Assembly (NCBI GenBank): GCA_045613705.1 | Contig: JAZLBM010000110.1 | Span: 1 to 53,660, forward strand | From: Eubacteriales bacterium | GTDB lineage: Bacteria > Bacillota > Clostridia > Oscillospirales > CAG-272 | Reading direction: 5' to 3' | DNA length: 53,660 nt | Shown here: piece by piece, positions 36,548 to 44,980 of the stretch | Position numbering within the stretch: position 1 is the stretch's first letter | How the letters are laid out: each line of letters opens with the position of its first letter | The notes under the pieces: generated by a model | The model's database searches: none | Told to the model about the DNA's origin: nothing | Seen by the model: only the letters and a program-made list of their open reading frames with translations | Translations under genes and position numbers: made by a program

Positions 36548-36985
36548 TTATTTCTTGTTTTCGTTTTTATATACGCTTACGTATTGTGTGCAATCTTGGG
36601 ACTGCTTCTTTCTGGAAGCAAAGAACAAGGCATAAACCACGGAACAAATCACGTAGAGAAGCGTAAAGAAGAAAAAGAGAATCAGAGCAACCGTTCCGTT
36701 TATGGTCTCTTTGTGAGGTAAACAGATGAAAAGACCTGCGGATGCTAAACAAACAACGTAACGAACAAGCGAACGCGCGAAGCCGCTCAGCTTGCTATTC
36801 AAAAGCACTCCGTTGGCCAATGAAATTGTAAAGCAAAGCGGATAAAACAAAAGAACAACAAAAACGGACATATTGGCGTTCGTATCGTATACACCGATCA
36901 TAATGAGCGAATATAAAAGAGTCAGCCCACAGAAACCGTAACAGGCGGAAGCGAGGGCGCGTTTTAAAACATTGGAAAATGGCAT
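36548..36985 (-). CDS. hypothetical integral membrane protein
   Basis: 145 aa with about 4 hydrophobic helices. AAAGG RBS. No family recognised. Confidence 0.6.
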   Translation of the reverse strand: MPFSNVLKRALASACYGFCGLTLLYSLIMIGVYDTNANMSVFVVLLFYPLCFTISLANGVLLNSKLSGFARSLVRYVVCLASAGLFICLPHKETINGTVALILFFFFTLLYVICSVVYALFFASRKKQSQDCTQYVSVYKNENKK

Positions 36986-37089
36986 AATACAAAACCTTTC
37001 TTTTCATTTCCTTCATTTTATCATAAAGTTCATCAAATTTCAACCTCATTTTGAAACTTTCATTGCATATGTAAAAAAGACGCAAACGA

Positions 37090-37118
37090 TTGACAAGGCC
37101 CTCTCTCCGTGATATAAT
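37090..37118 (+). promoter_or_regulatory. consensus sigma-A promoter of the TerB-N/ATPase/helicase cassette
   Basis: Perfect TTGACA (37090-37095), 17-nt spacer, TATAAT (37113-37118), 37 nt upstream of ATG 37156, which has a GAAAGGAGAG RBS. Confidence 0.7.
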
Positions 37119-37155
37119 TATAAGATAAGAAACCCCTGCAGAAAGGAGAGAAGCA

Positions 37156-38751
37156 ATGGCAGACGAAAGCAAAAGCCGCAAGGATGAATTGGACGCGTTC
37201 TGGGACATCGGACGACTGGTCCCACAAAAGAAAAAAGCACCGCAAACCGTTACGCAAAGACCGCAAAGAGTAGCTCCTCGAGCAGTATCCGTGCAGCCGC
37301 AACGAGCACCTGCTCCCGTTTCGCGCGATGAAAATCGCCTCACACGACAAAAGCCCGCAGAGCAAGCACCTGCTTTTGTCGAGCACCGTGACTTTTCTTC
37401 CTTTCTTGCAAACGTCAAGGTTACGAACTGGAAGAGCTCATATGATTATTATGAATTTTTCTGCAAGCAAGCGGCCGCCCTTCATAAAAAACACGGTGCG
37501 GATTGCCCCGAGACAACGCCTGTCCCTTTCTTTTCCTACGTAGCACAATATTCTCAGTTAAGTCGCAGACAGCTGGAATGGTATCTTTGGTGGCGCGAAT
37601 GTGTAAGAAACGGTCGATATCTCAAAACCGATGCCAGCTATATCAATCTTCTTATATTCGAGCTTATTAATCTCGGAAACTCGATTGATACACGCCAATC
37701 TTTGGATGTTTTGATAGGACTTTGGCAGCACTATAAAGAGGATTATCCACAGCTCAACAGTACGCTGGGCGAATGGATATGCGATTATAGTCTGATCCAC
37801 AACATCCCCATTCGCTTCCCGGACGCGCGCATTGGCATTGAACTTCCTTCCGTCACTTCACTGCCTGAGGCGTTCTATAATTTTGACATCAAAGATAAAC
37901 CGCTGTTTGCCAAGCTGCTTCTGTCATCTTGCTGTTCTCATAACTACAAAAAGAGCAAATTTTACAAGGATGAAGCCGTCGCGATTTACGATCAACATGT
38001 CCCCGGCGCCGTATATTATCTTCTCGAGCAAACCGACATCGATGCAATCCCCAATAAGCTTCCCAAAAAGACGGTTACACGAATGGCATATACCGGAGCA
38101 TTGTGCTCCTATAAAGCCAGAAAACATATTGAGGTGGAGTACGTCTCTCTCTCCGATTCGCAAGAAATCAAGTCCCGTCTCGGAGACATTGTAAAGTATG
38201 CCGAAAACAAGGTTCGCGCCTATCTTGGCATTCGTTCGCGCCTTGGAATTCGGGAGATCGATCCCCGTTCCGCTTCTATCATTGACGATTATTTTGCGCG
38301 TCATCTGGAAACCGTAGGGGGGACAAAGCCGCCGGAATACGAGAAGCTATACGACGTTTCGGATACCCAATTTTCCCTGACCTCCGCGCTTGAAATTGAA
38401 AAGCGATCCTGGGAAATCACAGAACGTCTGGTGGAAGCCTTTGAGGAAGAGGCTCCCGATATTCCGCCCCCAACCATTTCTGTTCACCCCATCATCGTTC
38501 CTGTTACCGAAAGCGGTTCAGAGCAAGAAGCTTTTATGCATTGCATCAAGGATCACAGCGATTTTTTTGCTCTCGTTTTAGCCGAAAATGGCAAGGAGCA
38601 GATCGCCTATGCGAAGAAATCGGGGGCCTTGCCGGAGGCCATTGTCGATATGATAAACGAAGCGGCCGTCGATTGCTTTGGCGATATTTTGATAGAAGAA
38701 GCGGATATTGGATACCGCATAATTGAAGAATACCGTTCCATATTTGAATAG
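37156..38751 (+). CDS. TerB-N / TerB-C domain protein (SngA-like)
   Basis: 531 aa. TerB-N signature FFSYVAQYSQLSRRQLEWYLWWRECVRNGRYLKTDASYINLLIFELINLG. TerB-C-like tail GALPEAIVDMINEAAVDCFGDILIEE. P/Q/R-rich N-terminal tail. Confidence 0.8.
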   Translation: MADESKSRKDELDAFWDIGRLVPQKKKAPQTVTQRPQRVAPRAVSVQPQRAPAPVSRDENRLTRQKPAEQAPAFVEHRDFSSFLANVKVTNWKSSYDYYEFFCKQAAALHKKHGADCPETTPVPFFSYVAQYSQLSRRQLEWYLWWRECVRNGRYLKTDASYINLLIFELINLGNSIDTRQSLDVLIGLWQHYKEDYPQLNSTLGEWICDYSLIHNIPIRFPDARIGIELPSVTSLPEAFYNFDIKDKPLFAKLLLSSCCSHNYKKSKFYKDEAVAIYDQHVPGAVYYLLEQTDIDAIPNKLPKKTVTRMAYTGALCSYKARKHIEVEYVSLSDSQEIKSRLGDIVKYAENKVRAYLGIRSRLGIREIDPRSASIIDDYFARHLETVGGTKPPEYEKLYDVSDTQFSLTSALEIEKRSWEITERLVEAFEEEAPDIPPPTISVHPIIVPVTESGSEQEAFMHCIKDHSDFFALVLAENGKEQIAYAKKSGALPEAIVDMINEAAVDCFGDILIEEADIGYRIIEEYRSIFE

Positions 38752-38761
38752 GAGGATAGTT

Positions 38762-40102
38762 ATGCAAAACAATACACATACAGTTCCCAAAAGGATCCTC
38801 TCGTCGCTGATTGCGTCGGTGTCCGCCGGTGTAGTGCCGCGCGCAGGAGCTCCGTACATGGCCATAGGAAGAAATGACGAGATCTCGGCACTCTTGAGCG
38901 ATCTGGAGCGCATCAGCGAGGGAGAGGGCGCCATTCGCTTCATTATTGGTCGTTACGGAAGCGGAAAGAGCTTTTTGATCCAGTTGGTTCGCGGATATGC
39001 CTTGGAAAAGGATTTCATCACCGCCGACGCCGATCTCTCACCCGAACGCCGTCTTTACGGAACAAACGGAAGCGGAATCGCCACCTACCGTGAGCTCATC
39101 AAAAACATGGCGTCCAAGTCTTCTCCCGATGGGGGCGCACTCGCCAAGTTGATCGCCAAGTGGATCACCTCGCTTCGCGTTCGTCTTATGGAGCAGGGAA
39201 TCACAGAAGAGTCTTCTGCTTTTATGACCAAGCTTTCGACAGAAGCGGCGCTTGCCCTGAAGGATATTGAATTCCTTGTGGGCGGTTTTGACTTTTCCCG
39301 CGTGATTTCTGAATACTACAGAGCTTACATCGAAGGAAATGACGAAAGACAGAGCGCCTGTCTCCGTTGGCTTCGCGGCGAATACAGTAACAAGACCGAA
39401 GCCAGACACGAGCTTGGTTTCCCGGTATCAGTCATTATCAACGATGAAAATTGGTACGACTTTATCAAGCTTTGGGCGGTTCTGGTAAGAAAAATGGGAT
39501 ACCGCGGTCTTGTGGTCTTCATTGATGAATGTGTGAATCTGTATAAGATCAGCAATCGCATCAGCCGCGAAAACAATTACGAAAAGATCCTGTCCATGTT
39601 TAACGATACGCTGCAGGGACACGCCGAAGGCCTTTCCATCGTTTTTGCCGGAACGCCTCAGTTCCTTGACGATACACGCCGCGGTCTCTTCAGCTATGAA
39701 GCGCTTCGCAGTCGACTTTGCGACAGCCGCTATGACATGCAGGGCGTCAAAAATCTCAACTCCCCGATCATTCGCCTTATGCGCTTGAATGACAACGAGT
39801 TGTTCGCGCTTCTGCGCCGAATGACCGATCTCTTTTCGCAGTATCACGGTTGGAATGCTACCTTGACCGATGAGGAGATCGCCACGTTCCTTCAGTCCAA
39901 TCTCAATCGCATAGGAAGCGATACAATGGTCACCCCAAGAGAGATCATTCGCGATTATATGACGGTGTTGAACATTCTCCTGCAAAACCCCGAAATCTCA
40001 TTTTCGAGCATTATGAAAAACAAGGAGCAAGACCGCCCGTCGCCCGTCGAAGCCCCCGCAGAGCCCACGAGAAGGATCAGCGCCGCTGACATCAATTTTT
40101 AA
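38762..40102 (+). CDS. DUF2791 / BREX BrxD-like P-loop ATPase (SngB-like)
   Basis: 446 aa from ATG 38762 (AGGAGGA RBS, 10 nt after the upstream stop). Walker A GRYGSGKS (aa 63-70) and Walker B LVVFIDE. The N-terminal VPRAGAPYMAIGRNDEISALL block is typical of the family. Confidence 0.8.
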   Translation: MQNNTHTVPKRILSSLIASVSAGVVPRAGAPYMAIGRNDEISALLSDLERISEGEGAIRFIIGRYGSGKSFLIQLVRGYALEKDFITADADLSPERRLYGTNGSGIATYRELIKNMASKSSPDGGALAKLIAKWITSLRVRLMEQGITEESSAFMTKLSTEAALALKDIEFLVGGFDFSRVISEYYRAYIEGNDERQSACLRWLRGEYSNKTEARHELGFPVSVIINDENWYDFIKLWAVLVRKMGYRGLVVFIDECVNLYKISNRISRENNYEKILSMFNDTLQGHAEGLSIVFAGTPQFLDDTRRGLFSYEALRSRLCDSRYDMQGVKNLNSPIIRLMRLNDNELFALLRRMTDLFSQYHGWNATLTDEEIATFLQSNLNRIGSDTMVTPREIIRDYMTVLNILLQNPEISFSSIMKNKEQDRPSPVEAPAEPTRRISAADINF

Positions 40103-40117
40103 GAGGAGGATAGATTT

Positions 40118-42337
40118 GTGACCAAAGCAGATATACTGTTTGAACGGTTTCCCGAATATATCCAACGCTTTATTTATGAAAATCAGTGGAGCGAGCTTCG
40201 ACAGGTTCAGCTTGCCGCGGCAGACAGTCTTTGGAACGGCGAGAACAATCTCCTGCTTTGCTCGTCAACGGCCAGCGGAAAAACAGAGGCAGTCTTCTTT
40301 CCCATATTAACTGAGCTTGAGGAACGTCCCGCAAATAGTATCGCCGTCCTTTATATTGCGCCGCTGAAGAGCTTGATCAACGACCAATTTCTCCGAATGG
40401 AAGAACTCTTGGAGGAAAGTGGCGTTCCCGTCTTTCATTGGCACGGAGACGTTTCGTCTTCTCATAAAAAGCAGCTTCTCGAAAACCCTCGCGGAATCCT
40501 TCAGATCACGCCTGAGTCTTTTGAGTCTATGCTGCTCAACCGCTCCAATGACGCTGTACGCCTTTTCCACGATCTGCGATATATTATTATCGACGAGATC
40601 CACGCCCTCATCGGAAGCGACAGAGGCAGCCAAATTCTTTGTCAGCTGTCACGCCTGGGAAGACTGATCGGCAGGCATCCTCGTCGTATCGGTCTTTCCG
40701 CTACCATTGGCGAGGCTGAAACAGTGGCAAAATGGATGGCGCAAGGAAGCAACCGAGGAGTAGATATTCCCGATCTCGCCCAAAATCGAATCGCCTGGCG
40801 TCTTGGCCTTGAGCATTTTTACATTCAGGATCAAAGCTTCAATCAAACAGAGCGGGGAAGACCCAAGACCGGCGAATCTCAAAAAGCCAATTTCGACGCA
40901 GGCTTCGAATATATGTATGACTGCGTCAAGGACACCAAGTCTCTTGTTTTCTCCAATTCGCGCGAGGAAACCGAATACGTCACCGCCACGATGCGCCAAA
41001 TTGCCAAAAAACGGGGCGACAAGGACGTGTTCCTGATACATCACGGAAATTTGTCTGCCAGTCTCCGTGAAGAGGCGGAAGGGAAAATGAAGGGCGAGGA
41101 CGAGCCCTTTGTCACCTGTGCCACAGTAACAATGGAGCTTGGCATCGATATAGGAAAGCTTCAGCGCGTGCTCCAGTACGGATCCCCCAATACGGTTTCC
41201 GGATTTCTGCAAAGACTGGGACGCTCGGGCCGAAGAAACGATCCTCCCGAAATGATGATGGTCTTTCGCGAGGACGAGCCATTGCCGGATGCACCGTTGC
41301 CGCAGTTGATCCCGTGGGATCTTTTGCGAGCAATTGCCATCGTTCAGCTCTATATTGAGGAGCGTTTTATTGAGCCTCCAAGCATAAAAAAGATGCCTAT
41401 GAGTCTTCTTTTCCACCAGACACTCAGCATGATTTGCGCGAGCGGCGAGCTGACGGCACGCCAACTGGCCGAGCGCATCTTGGCGCTCCCACCATTCTTC
41501 AACGTGGAAAAGGAAGATTACCGCACGCTTCTTGTATCAATGGTCAACAACGACCTGTTGGAAATGACAGAAGATGGAGGCCTCATCATCGGCCTCGAAG
41601 GTGAAAAATTGATCAACAGCTTCAAGTTTTATGCCGTTTTCAAGGATAGCGAGGATTTTACGGTTCGATGTTCATCCGACGAGATCGGAACCATCACCAC
41701 GCCACCGCCTCCCGGAGACAGATTTGCCTTAGCGGGGCGTGTGTGGGAGGTCGAAGAGGTGGACACCTCGCGCCGTTTGGTCTACGTGCACGAAGTGGAA
41801 GGCAAAATGGAAGTGTCCTGGCCGGGAGATTACGGCGAGATCCACACACGAATTCTGGAGCGTATGAAGCGAGTTCTTGAGGAAGAGATCTGCTATCCGT
41901 ATTTAATGGAGAATGCGATCACACGACTCACCGACGCCCGCATTCTCTCAAAAAACACGCATCTCACTACAAAATCGTTAGTTAGCCTCGGCGGAATTAC
42001 AAAATGCTGGTTCCCATGGCTTGGAACGCGTTCCTTCCGCACTCTTGTCAGATATCTCAAAGTAAACGCCAACAAATTCGGAATCAGCAACATCTCCTAT
42101 GACGGATGCAACTATATCTGCTTCCGCTTGGATCGCGGAACGGAAGAGCAGTTGATTGCAAAGATGAAGGAAGACGTTCTCAAGAGAGGAATCCGCTGTG
42201 AAGAGTTAATTTTTTCCGGCGAAACCCCCATTATTGACAAATATGATCCTCATATTCCTTCCGAGCTTTTGCAAAAAGCATATTCCGTTGACCGACTTCG
42301 TGCCGACGAGGTTGAAAAACGAATTTTATCTATGTAA
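40118..42337 (+). CDS. Lhr-like SF2 DExH-box helicase (SngC-like)
   Basis: 739 aa from GTG 40118 (GAGGAGGA RBS). Motif I TASGKT (aa 51-56), Ia APLKSL, II DEIH, III SAT, VI QRLGRSGRR. A ~365-aa C-terminal region follows. Confidence 0.85.
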   Translation: MTKADILFERFPEYIQRFIYENQWSELRQVQLAAADSLWNGENNLLLCSSTASGKTEAVFFPILTELEERPANSIAVLYIAPLKSLINDQFLRMEELLEESGVPVFHWHGDVSSSHKKQLLENPRGILQITPESFESMLLNRSNDAVRLFHDLRYIIIDEIHALIGSDRGSQILCQLSRLGRLIGRHPRRIGLSATIGEAETVAKWMAQGSNRGVDIPDLAQNRIAWRLGLEHFYIQDQSFNQTERGRPKTGESQKANFDAGFEYMYDCVKDTKSLVFSNSREETEYVTATMRQIAKKRGDKDVFLIHHGNLSASLREEAEGKMKGEDEPFVTCATVTMELGIDIGKLQRVLQYGSPNTVSGFLQRLGRSGRRNDPPEMMMVFREDEPLPDAPLPQLIPWDLLRAIAIVQLYIEERFIEPPSIKKMPMSLLFHQTLSMICASGELTARQLAERILALPPFFNVEKEDYRTLLVSMVNNDLLEMTEDGGLIIGLEGEKLINSFKFYAVFKDSEDFTVRCSSDEIGTITTPPPPGDRFALAGRVWEVEEVDTSRRLVYVHEVEGKMEVSWPGDYGEIHTRILERMKRVLEEEICYPYLMENAITRLTDARILSKNTHLTTKSLVSLGGITKCWFPWLGTRSFRTLVRYLKVNANKFGISNISYDGCNYICFRLDRGTEEQLIAKMKEDVLKRGIRCEELIFSGETPIIDKYDPHIPSELLQKAYSVDRLRADEVEKRILSM

Positions 42338-42369
42338 AAAAGGTGTCTTGCGACACCTTTTTCTTTTTA
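42336..42369 (+). terminator. Rho-independent terminator closing the cassette
   Basis: AAGGTGTC-TTGC-GACACCTT hairpin followed by TTTCTTTTT, immediately after the helicase stop. Confidence 0.75.
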
Positions 42370-42442
42370 TAGCAATTTCTTTGACGAATTTTCGCTCTTT
42401 GCGCCGCAAATAATAAAGCAGAACAAAAAGAAAGGGGATTCT

Positions 42443-43225
42443 ATGAAAAGATTTCTTATTTTCTCCCTATGCGCGTTGTTTTTAACAAGTGCACTGACTT
42501 ACGGAGCACCCGCCCAAGCCGAAGGCAAATGCTACAGCTGGTACTGTGTAAGAAACAGAGATCATAAACAACCGCGACTCGATAGCGAAGTTTCTTTTAT
42601 AGAACAGTACAACGGATACCACGTTGATAAGCGACACGGAGATGACTGTTCGGAGAAAATCGTGTATTTAACCTTCGATGCAGGCTATGAAAACGGGAAC
42701 GTAGAAAAAACACTGGACGTTCTCAAGGAAGAACAAGTTCCCGCGGCCTTTTTTATCTTGGGGCACTTGGTAATGTCAAACACAGATCTTGTTACAAGAA
42801 TGTTCCAAGAAGGGCACACCGTTTGCAATCACACTTATTCGCATAAGGATCTTACGTCTTGCTCAAAAGAAGAATTCGCTAATGAACTTGCACGACTCGA
42901 GGCGGTTTATCAGGAATACACAGGGAAAGCCATGGCAAAATATTATCGCCCTCCGGAGGGGAAATTTTCGCAGGCAACTATGCAATATGCGGACGAACTT
43001 GACTATAAAACTATATTTTGGAGCTTTGCTTATGCCGACTGGGATAACAATAAGCAAATGTCTCCGGGCGATGCAAAAAACAAGATTTTATCCAATATCC
43101 ACAACGGCGCGATTCTGCTGCTTCATCCTACCTCAAGCACCAACGCCATAATACTCGGCGACGTGATTCGCGAATTGAAAGCACAAGGCTATGCATTTGG
43201 CACATTGGATCAGCTTACAGTATAA
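42443..43225 (+). CDS. pdaA: delta-lactam-biosynthetic de-N-acetylase-like polysaccharide deacetylase
   Basis: 260 aa. Signal peptide and NodB domain (LTFDAGYENG, CNHTYSH). The YSWYCVRNRDHKQP opening resembles PdaA orthologues. Confidence 0.75.
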   Translation: MKRFLIFSLCALFLTSALTYGAPAQAEGKCYSWYCVRNRDHKQPRLDSEVSFIEQYNGYHVDKRHGDDCSEKIVYLTFDAGYENGNVEKTLDVLKEEQVPAAFFILGHLVMSNTDLVTRMFQEGHTVCNHTYSHKDLTSCSKEEFANELARLEAVYQEYTGKAMAKYYRPPEGKFSQATMQYADELDYKTIFWSFAYADWDNNKQMSPGDAKNKILSNIHNGAILLLHPTSSTNAIILGDVIRELKAQGYAFGTLDQLTV

Positions 43226-43895
43226 TCGCTTATTGCGCATTTTTTGCTTCCTCACGGCAATGCTTTTAGTTGCCGCGCTTTCGATCCCCACACAAGCCGA
43301 GCAGGGAAGCAGGGACGTTTATCGGAAGCACGAGAACAGCGAAATGAAGATTTCGCTGACCTTTGATGATGGTCCTCACCCTATCCTGACACCTAAAATT
43401 TTAGAAATTCTGGCGCGATATCAGATCAAAGCCACCTTTTTCCTGGTCGGCGAAAACGTGAAGAATTATCCGACCGTTGTGGAGCAGATCCTTACCGAAG
43501 GCCACGAGATCGGCAATCACACCTTTTCTCACGATCATATCAACGCGCAGGAAATTGAGGATTGTGAACAAGCAATTTATGAAATAACCGACTACAAAAC
43601 AAAACTTTTTCGTCCTCCGCAAGGCTTTATCGATGAAACGGTAAAAAGCATGTCGCACTCGCTCGGATACGACATCATTCTTTGGAGCATCGATACCAGA
43701 GACTGGGATCACACGCCGCCCCGGCAAATTTGCGATTTGGTCATCCGCGAAATCACTTCAGGAAGTATTATTCTGATGCACGATTATATAGGCCATCATA
43801 GTCCTACGCCACAGGCGCTTGAACAACTTATCCCGGCAATAATAGCTCTCGGATATCAATTTGTCCCCGTCAGCGAGCTAATAGGCACAAATTAA
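43191..43895 (+). CDS. polysaccharide deacetylase (NodB homology domain)
   Basis: LTFDDGPHP and GNHTFSH motifs. The start is uncertain. ATG 43191 overlaps pdaA by 35 nt. In-frame TTG 43233 would give a cleaner signal peptide (RIFCFLTAMLLVAALSIPTQA). Confidence 0.8.
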   Translation: MHLAHWISLQYNRLLRIFCFLTAMLLVAALSIPTQAEQGSRDVYRKHENSEMKISLTFDDGPHPILTPKILEILARYQIKATFFLVGENVKNYPTVVEQILTEGHEIGNHTFSHDHINAQEIEDCEQAIYEITDYKTKLFRPPQGFIDETVKSMSHSLGYDIILWSIDTRDWDHTPPRQICDLVIREITSGSIILMHDYIGHHSPTPQALEQLIPAIIALGYQFVPVSELIGTN

Positions 43896-43938
43896 AGCAA
43901 GCCCCGACTCGCGATTTTGCGAATAGGGCTTGCTTTGT
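43896..43938. terminator. hairpin between convergent genes
   Basis: AAGCAAGCCC ... GGGCTTGCTT long-loop hairpin followed by TGTTTT. Confidence 0.5.
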
Positions 43939-43939
43939 T

Positions 43940-44887
43940 TTATTCTTCTACATCCGTTTCATCCGAAGCGGTTTTCGCATACGGAGACGGATCGATCATA
44001 TAGCGCCGGATGACAGGATATGCCGCATACGCCGTGGTAAACATAGGTAAAGAAACAATATAGAACAGAGGCATGATCAGTCCAAGAGGCAGGAGCCAGT
44101 TAAGAACAAAGAGATTCGCGCCAAGGAGAACTGCAATCCACAAAATGGCCAACAGATTGCGCTTGATACCAAGCATAACAAAAATCAGCGCATTCTTGAT
44201 GATCTTGGTAATCTTCATATCAAACGTGATCGCCATAAGGTAGATATAAAATCTCATGATTGCATAAATGATAGCAATTGCGAGATTCGCCACGTAGGAT
44301 ACATCGCCTACAAAACCGGCCATGGTTCCGCCGGACAGGCTGGTGAGATTGGTATAAAGAATATAGATAATGGCAAAATCCATCAAGCCGAGCCAAAATC
44401 CCTGCTTTGCGTTCTTCTTGATAGCATGCTTCAAATCAGAAAGAATGAACACAGGGCGCCCGTTGATAAGCTCGCGCATCAGATACGTAAATCCTACGTT
44501 AAACCATCCGAATGTGACCGCAAAGACGAGGAGAAGGGAAATATAAGCAATATTCAATCCCCAGGAAGCCACCGGTATGTTATACTGCGGAGAGCACAGA
44601 GTCAAAAGAATTTGATTTCCCGGCGTAGGATCCAGCGTGGCAATGCCGTTCATCAAAGGAAAGTTCAAGCAGTCTGCCGAAACAGAGGGGGTGGTATCTG
44701 CCCAGAAAAAGACGAAATACGCCACAACAAGAGGGATAAATTGGAATACGCCAAACAAGTTGATCGAGATCAATCTTACAAGCTTTCTCCAAAGCAGCTT
44801 AAAATAATACTTGACAGTTGGCGTCGTATCCTCCTCAAGCTCAAGCTCTTCGGGCTCTACATCGCGATTAAACAGTTTGAATTTCAT
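43940..44887 (-). CDS. hypothetical polytopic membrane protein (possibly YesL/DUF624-like)
   Basis: 315 aa with about 6-7 hydrophobic helices and an acidic N-terminal segment. The family guess is weak. Confidence 0.6.
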   Translation of the reverse strand: MKFKLFNRDVEPEELELEEDTTPTVKYYFKLLWRKLVRLISINLFGVFQFIPLVVAYFVFFWADTTPSVSADCLNFPLMNGIATLDPTPGNQILLTLCSPQYNIPVASWGLNIAYISLLLVFAVTFGWFNVGFTYLMRELINGRPVFILSDLKHAIKKNAKQGFWLGLMDFAIIYILYTNLTSLSGGTMAGFVGDVSYVANLAIAIIYAIMRFYIYLMAITFDMKITKIIKNALIFVMLGIKRNLLAILWIAVLLGANLFVLNWLLPLGLIMPLFYIVSLPMFTTAYAAYPVIRRYMIDPSPYAKTASDETDVEE

Positions 44888-44980
44888 TTTTACATCCTAA
44901 CGTTAACAATAAACTAAGAAAAGTATACCATAAATATTTTAACAAATCAAGAATAAGCAGGAAACATTCGCTCTTTATGA

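Noticed and set aside
36795-37418. 207-aa minus-strand ORF spanning the cassette promoter and the 5' end of the TerB-N gene
   Set aside because: It is Cys/Arg-rich with no RBS or family. It overlaps a well-supported membrane protein gene in another frame, the consensus promoter and the start of the cassette, so it is most likely spurious.
38723-38761. Upstream ATG (38723) for the DUF2791-type ATPase
   Set aside because: It overlaps the TerB-N gene by 29 nt and lacks an RBS. ATG 38762 sits 7 nt after AGGAGGA.
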